Origin: Octopus vulgaris
Lineage: Eukaryota
NCBI GenBank assembly: GCA_951406725.2
Contig: OX597827.1
Span: forward strand, 83,452,001-83,516,000
Direction of reading: 5' to 3'
DNA length: 64,000 bases
Positions 59,088 to 64,000 of the stretch are shown piece after piece. The notes beneath the pieces were generated by a model. It did not search any database. It was not told where the DNA came from and worked only from the letters and a program-made list of their open reading frames with translations. The translations under genes and the position numbers were made by a program. Numbering within the stretch: the stretch's first letter is position 1; each line of letters starts with the position of its first letter.

Positions 59088-62000
59088 TTGTTGACATGGA
59101 GAAAACCTTTGACAGGATTCCCACTCCCCTATCTGGTGATCAGTGTGGAAACTAGGGATAGACAAGTGGTTAGTGAGAGCTGTACAAGCCATGTACAGGG
59201 ATGCTGTTAGTAAAGTGAAGGTCAGCAATGAGTATAGCAATGAATTCAGGGTACAAGTATTGGTTCACCAAGGATCAGCCCTCAGCCCCTTCTTGTTCAT
59301 CTTAGTCCTCCAGGCAATAACAAAAGGATTTTAAGATGGGCTGCCCCTGGGCGCTCCTCTATGCTGATGATCTTGTTCTTATAGCTGAATCACTACCAGA
59401 ACTAGAGAAGTTTCAGGTGTGTAAGCAAGGTCTAGAATCAAAGGGTTTTAAAGTTAATCTAGCAAAAACCAAAGTCTTAGCAAGAAGGAAAGAGGACAAA
59501 TTACAAATCCCTTCAGGTAGATGACCCTGCTTGATCTGTAGAAAAGTCATATGTAGAAACTTCATAAGTTCTGAATGCTCATGTTCTACTACGACAACCT
59601 GAGGATGAGATTTACAGCAGGAAAGTTCACAACGGAGAGGCAACGGCTTGAAATAGGTATTGCAGCCAGATGCACGATATCAGTCATCTTATTTGTGCTA
59701 GTCATGGAAATGTTACTTAGATCTACAAACTGTGAGAAAGCTGTTACAAAGACACCATTAAGGGCTTTTATGGACAACGTAACTGTATTATCACAAAGTA
59801 GAGAAGCAACAGAGGGAATGTTAAAGCGGTTGGACGAACTGATAGGATGAGCAAGGATGAAATTCAAAGCCAAAAACTCTCGAAGCGTGGCTTTCATGAA
59901 AGGAGTGCAAGAAGAAGTGAAATTCAGGATAGGAAGTTAAGACATACCAACGGTGAAAGAACAACCAGTAAAGAGTCTCGGCAGATGGTATAGAGATTTA
60001 TTAAATGATAAGAAGCAAGGGAAAGAAACACATGAGTTAGTAGAACAAGGATTAAAGGCAATTGACAGAACAACGCTGCCGGGAAAATTTAAATGTTGGA
60101 TACTGCAATTTGGGCTGTACCCAAGAATAATGCGGCCATTGCAAATGTATGAAATAGCCTCGAGTAGAGTAGAAAGGATGGAACAAAGATGCAGTATGTT
60201 TATCAGAAAATGGCTTGGTCTGCTGAAACCACTGAACACAACTGCACTGGAAAACCCGTGCTGCAACTACCAATAACATCAATTGCCGAAGAATACAAGG
60301 CAGGAAAGGCAAGGACAGTAATGATGCTAACATATTCAAAAGATCAGAGCATTCGGGAAAACCCTCCAAAGGTACGAACAGGGAGGAAATGGAAGGCGGA
60401 AGAGGCAGTAAACGGGGCGATCGGAGAACTAAAGCACGCAGATATAGTCGGAGCGACACAAGAAGCAAGAGCTAGCCTAGGGTCGCACAATTTCAGGCCA
60501 TTTTGCAAGAGCAGTGTAAAAGAGATGAAGGAGGCAGTGGTATACGAAGTGAGAAAGGAGGAAGAAGAAAGGCGAAATGTACATTTGGTGCAATGTAGTC
60601 AACAGGGACAGTGCCTGAGATGGGAGGAATATGTGATCAGCCGCAGAATATCATGGAAGGAACTTTGGGCTTGGGAACAAGCAAGAACATCCTTCCTGAT
60701 CAAGTCTACCTTCGACATTCTACCCTCACCGGCGAACTTAATCCGGTGGAACATAAAAACAACCGATGAATGTAGATGTGGAGAGAAAGCAACGGTTAGA
60801 CATATTCTGTGAAACTGCAGACTAGCACTAGAAAGGTATACATGGCGTCATAATCAAGTCCTCGGCGTCATATGCACAGCACTCAAGGAGAAGATCGAGA
60901 GGTACAATAGGGGAGAGTACCCAAAAGTGGAAAAGTGCAGGAAAGTATACTTCCAGAAGAAGGGGAAAAGATATAAAACCAGGCCTATAAATAAAATATA
61001 CAAGATAGACGAAAGATGGAAGGGATACTGGGAGGTGGCCACGGATTTGGAAAGACAAGTAATATTTCCACTAATAAAAACGACAAAAAGACCAGATTTA
61101 GTGCTATGGGACAGAGAATAGGAATTTTGCTAGAACTGACAGTGCCATGGGAAGAGAACATTGGCAATGCAGAGGAACGAAAGGAGAAGAGGTACGAAAA
61201 CTAATCGAAGAGTGCAGAGAACAGAGATGGAATGTCGGATATTATCACCTGGCAGTGGGGGCTAGAGGCTTCATTGAAAGAAAAATGACAACGCTATTCA
61301 AAAGAAGATTTGTTTTTTCTAGCTCAGAGCTGAAAAAACTAATAAGGAGAGTACAGGAGGCAGTCGAAAAAGCCATTTTCTATATATGGCTGAAGCGGGA
61401 AGACCAAAAATGGCTTGAAAGTCATAACATGCCAGCGGAAAATAACATCACTAGGTGAGACAAGCTGACACTGAATTAGCTTCACTGATTGACAGGTAAC
61501 AGTCATTTAGAGAATGCATGGGCTAAGACTACTTGCCTTCATTGGTCAGTTAAAGTTGAAACAGTGTCACGTAACAATTTGCTGGGGCTGCCTGCTGGAG
61601 CCTACAGCAGGTATTTAAAGGGAAAAAATTTGACAAGTTGCCTGCTGACACTCATTGACACTACATCGAAGAGGCCAGGGAACAGAAGAAAGAAGACATG
61701 CACCCAACACCAGAGCTGAAGACACCTCCAAAAGGGGGGGGGGGGGGCTCCACGTCAAAACAGGAGAGGAGTAGGGGCCGAAACCGGACATGGTTCCTCC
61801 TGATGATGTCTTGAGCTAACTGGATCCTGTAAAGGAGCTGTTGTGGTAGCAGACCACGAAATACGGTTGAAATTCCTCCTTCCTACTCAGTGTAAGCTAT
61901 GAACGCATAAGAGGTGACACAATATCAGAGGAAGGTTAACAGGGAAGATAGTTTTTGTGTGGAAGGTGCACAGGTACAATGAACACTACAAATGTACAGA

Positions 62001-62961
62001 AAATAGACTCCATCAAACACCAAGGGATAAAACTGGAAGTAGTTGAAAGATTCCATTACCTAGGTGACCAAGTCAGGAGCTGAGGTGGATGCTCTGAGAG
62101 TGTAGCTGCTTGAATAAGAATAGGCTGCGCAAAGTTCAGAAAGCTCCTACCTCTGTTGGTAACTAAGGGCTTCTCCTTCAGAGTGAAGAGCAGATTGTAT
62201 GATACCTGTGTGTGAACAGCTGTGCTACATGACAGTGAAACATGGGCTAAGAAATGAAGTTAGTATGCTCTACTGGATGTACAATGCCAGTGTGCATGTA
62301 CGATAGAGTGTTAGTGTCTTGAGAGAAAAATCGGGTATAAAAGACATCAGTTGTAGTGTACAAGAGAGAAGACTAAGCTGGTATGGTCATGTCATGCATA
62401 TGGACAAGAACAGCTGTGTAAGAAAGTGCCAATCTCTAATTGTGGAGGGAGCCTACAGAAGAGATAGACCCAAAAAGATATGGGACGAGGTGATGAAGCA
62501 TGATCTTCAAACATAGGACCTCGCAGAAGCAATGACAAGTGCCCAAGACCTTTGGCAATATGCCATGCTTAAGAAAACTCATAAAGCCAATTGGAATCAT
62601 AGTTGTGGTCAATACCGGTGTCACATAACAGGCACCCATGTTGGTGATACATAAAAAGCTCCCTTCAAGCATTGGACTCAAGGAGATGATTAGTGACCAA
62701 GACCTTTGGCAACATGCCATACTTGAGAAGACCTGTCAAGCCAAGTGAAACCATTGGTGTGACCAATGCTGATGTCACATAACTGGTACCCATGCCAGTG
62801 GCATGTAAAAAGCACCCACTACACTCTTGGAATGGTTGACATTAGGAAGGGCATCCAGCTATAGAAACCATGTCAAATCAGATTGGAACCTAGTGTAGGC
62901 CTCCAACTTACCAGTTTCAGTCAAACTGTCTAACACACACCAGCATGAAAAGCAGATGCTA

Positions 62962-62990
<29 letters not shown>
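59088..62990 (+). mobile_element. RTE LINE (RT to 3' tail) split by the HERO insertion (parts 59088-59568 and 61884-62990)
   Basis: DMEKTFDR, HQGSALSPFLF, LLYADDLVL; the PCLICRK..N / TQCKL..HKR zinc-finger-like segment resumes after the insert. Confidence 0.88.
59569..61883 (+). mobile_element. 5'-truncated HERO-clade non-LTR retrotransposon (RT + REL endonuclease)
   Basis: CTISVILF, AFMDN, EQPVKSLGRWY, LPGKFKCWILQFGLYPRI, GRKWKA, DILPSPANL..W..C..HIL, RYTWRHNQVL, RPDLVLW, ELTVPWEE..ERK..RY. Confidence 0.85.
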
Positions 62991-63020
<30 letters not shown>

Positions 63021-63189
63021 AGATGATGAGCTCCAATCAATCATAGCTTTGCAAGTAGATTTGGTAGACAGAAACTGAAAGAGGCCCTTTGTATATGCAT
63101 ACATACATGTATGTATGTGTGTCTAACACATGCCTGTAGGGAAAGCAGATACTGAATGATAATGATGATGATGATGATGATGATGATGA

Positions 63190-63420
63190 TATATATCTTT
63201 TTCTTGTTTCATTCATTAGACTGCAGCCACGCTGAGGCACTGCCTTGAAGGATTTTAGTCAAACAAATTGATCTCTGTACTTATTATCTTTTTGTAAAAC
63301 CTGGAACTTATTCAATCAGTCTCTTTTGTCAAACAGATAAGTTATGGGGATGTAAACACACCAACACTGGTTATCAAGCAGTGAGGAGAGACAAACACAT
63401 ACACAAAGACACACACACAC

Positions 63421-63467
<47 letters not shown>

Positions 63468-63622
63468 ACAGGCTTCTTTCAGTTTCCATCTACGAAATGC
63501 ACTGACAAGGCTTTGGTCAACCCAAGGCTATAGCAAAAGACACTTTGCCCAAGGTGGCACGCAGTGGGACTAAACCCACTTGTGTTTGGGAAGTAAACTT
63601 CTTACCATACAGCCATGCCTGA
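63190..63622 (-). mobile_element. tRNA-derived SINE with CR1/L2-type tail
   Basis: Head ggcatggctgtatggtaagaag..gggtttagtcccactgcgtgccaccttgggcaaagtgtc; tail gcagtgcctcagcgtggctgcagtc. Confidence 0.85.
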
Positions 63623-63647
63623 CACACATATATACACATATATATGA

Positions 63648-63692
<45 letters not shown>

Positions 63693-64000
63693 TACATACA
63701 CATAGACATTCAGACATGGGTATATGCATATAAATATATTAGCTATTAGCTGGAGATGCAGCATTTGTAATGAATATTAATTAACACATCCAACTTAACT
63801 AGGATGTATTGTTTTGAAAGCTGTAAACTGCAGTAAACATCTTAAGAAATCATTTCATATAGACACTCGGTGCTATAAAAAGCACAGATTATATCAGTTG
63901 ACAAAATGTTGTCTGTACTAATGGATGACATTATTGTATTACATGGCTTAATCATGGATTTTAAATCATCAAGAAGAGGCAGCCAAATCCTGAATGCAAG

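Noticed and set aside
59405-59422. Partial resemblance to miR-87 (aagtttcaggtgtgt)
   Set aside because: It is inside RTE RT coding sequence, lacks the seed and shows no hairpin.

Overview
AT-rich animal DNA, most likely an octopus (coleoid cephalopod) genome, judged from my recollection of its SINE/LINE families and the extreme microsatellite load. I found no intact host protein-coding gene. Positions 1-13.9 kb are a (TA)n/(TACA)n low-complexity array holding a non-autonomous Helitron and several short LINE 3' ends. Positions 14-18.8 kb look cis-regulatory, with an AGGTCA/DR4 cluster and candidate splice sites. Positions ~18.9-35.8 kb hold the most interesting signal: a long, + strand, stop- and frameshift-riddled coding relic, split by many TE insertions. 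It carries, in colinear order, motifs resembling a segmented negative-strand RNA virus (Bunyaviricetes) L protein: a PD..D..KxxKY endonuclease, motif G (RY), an SKAS segment and motif F. I interpret it as a candidate old and unusually large endogenous viral element; motifs A-E were not found. Positions 38-44 kb are unique non-coding DNA with a perfect ERE palindrome. Positions 44-64 kb are nested, decayed TEs (CR1/L2-group, mariner, RTE, R4/Dong-like, Tigger/pogo, HERO, SINEs). All family assignments come from manual translation and motif recall, not database searches.
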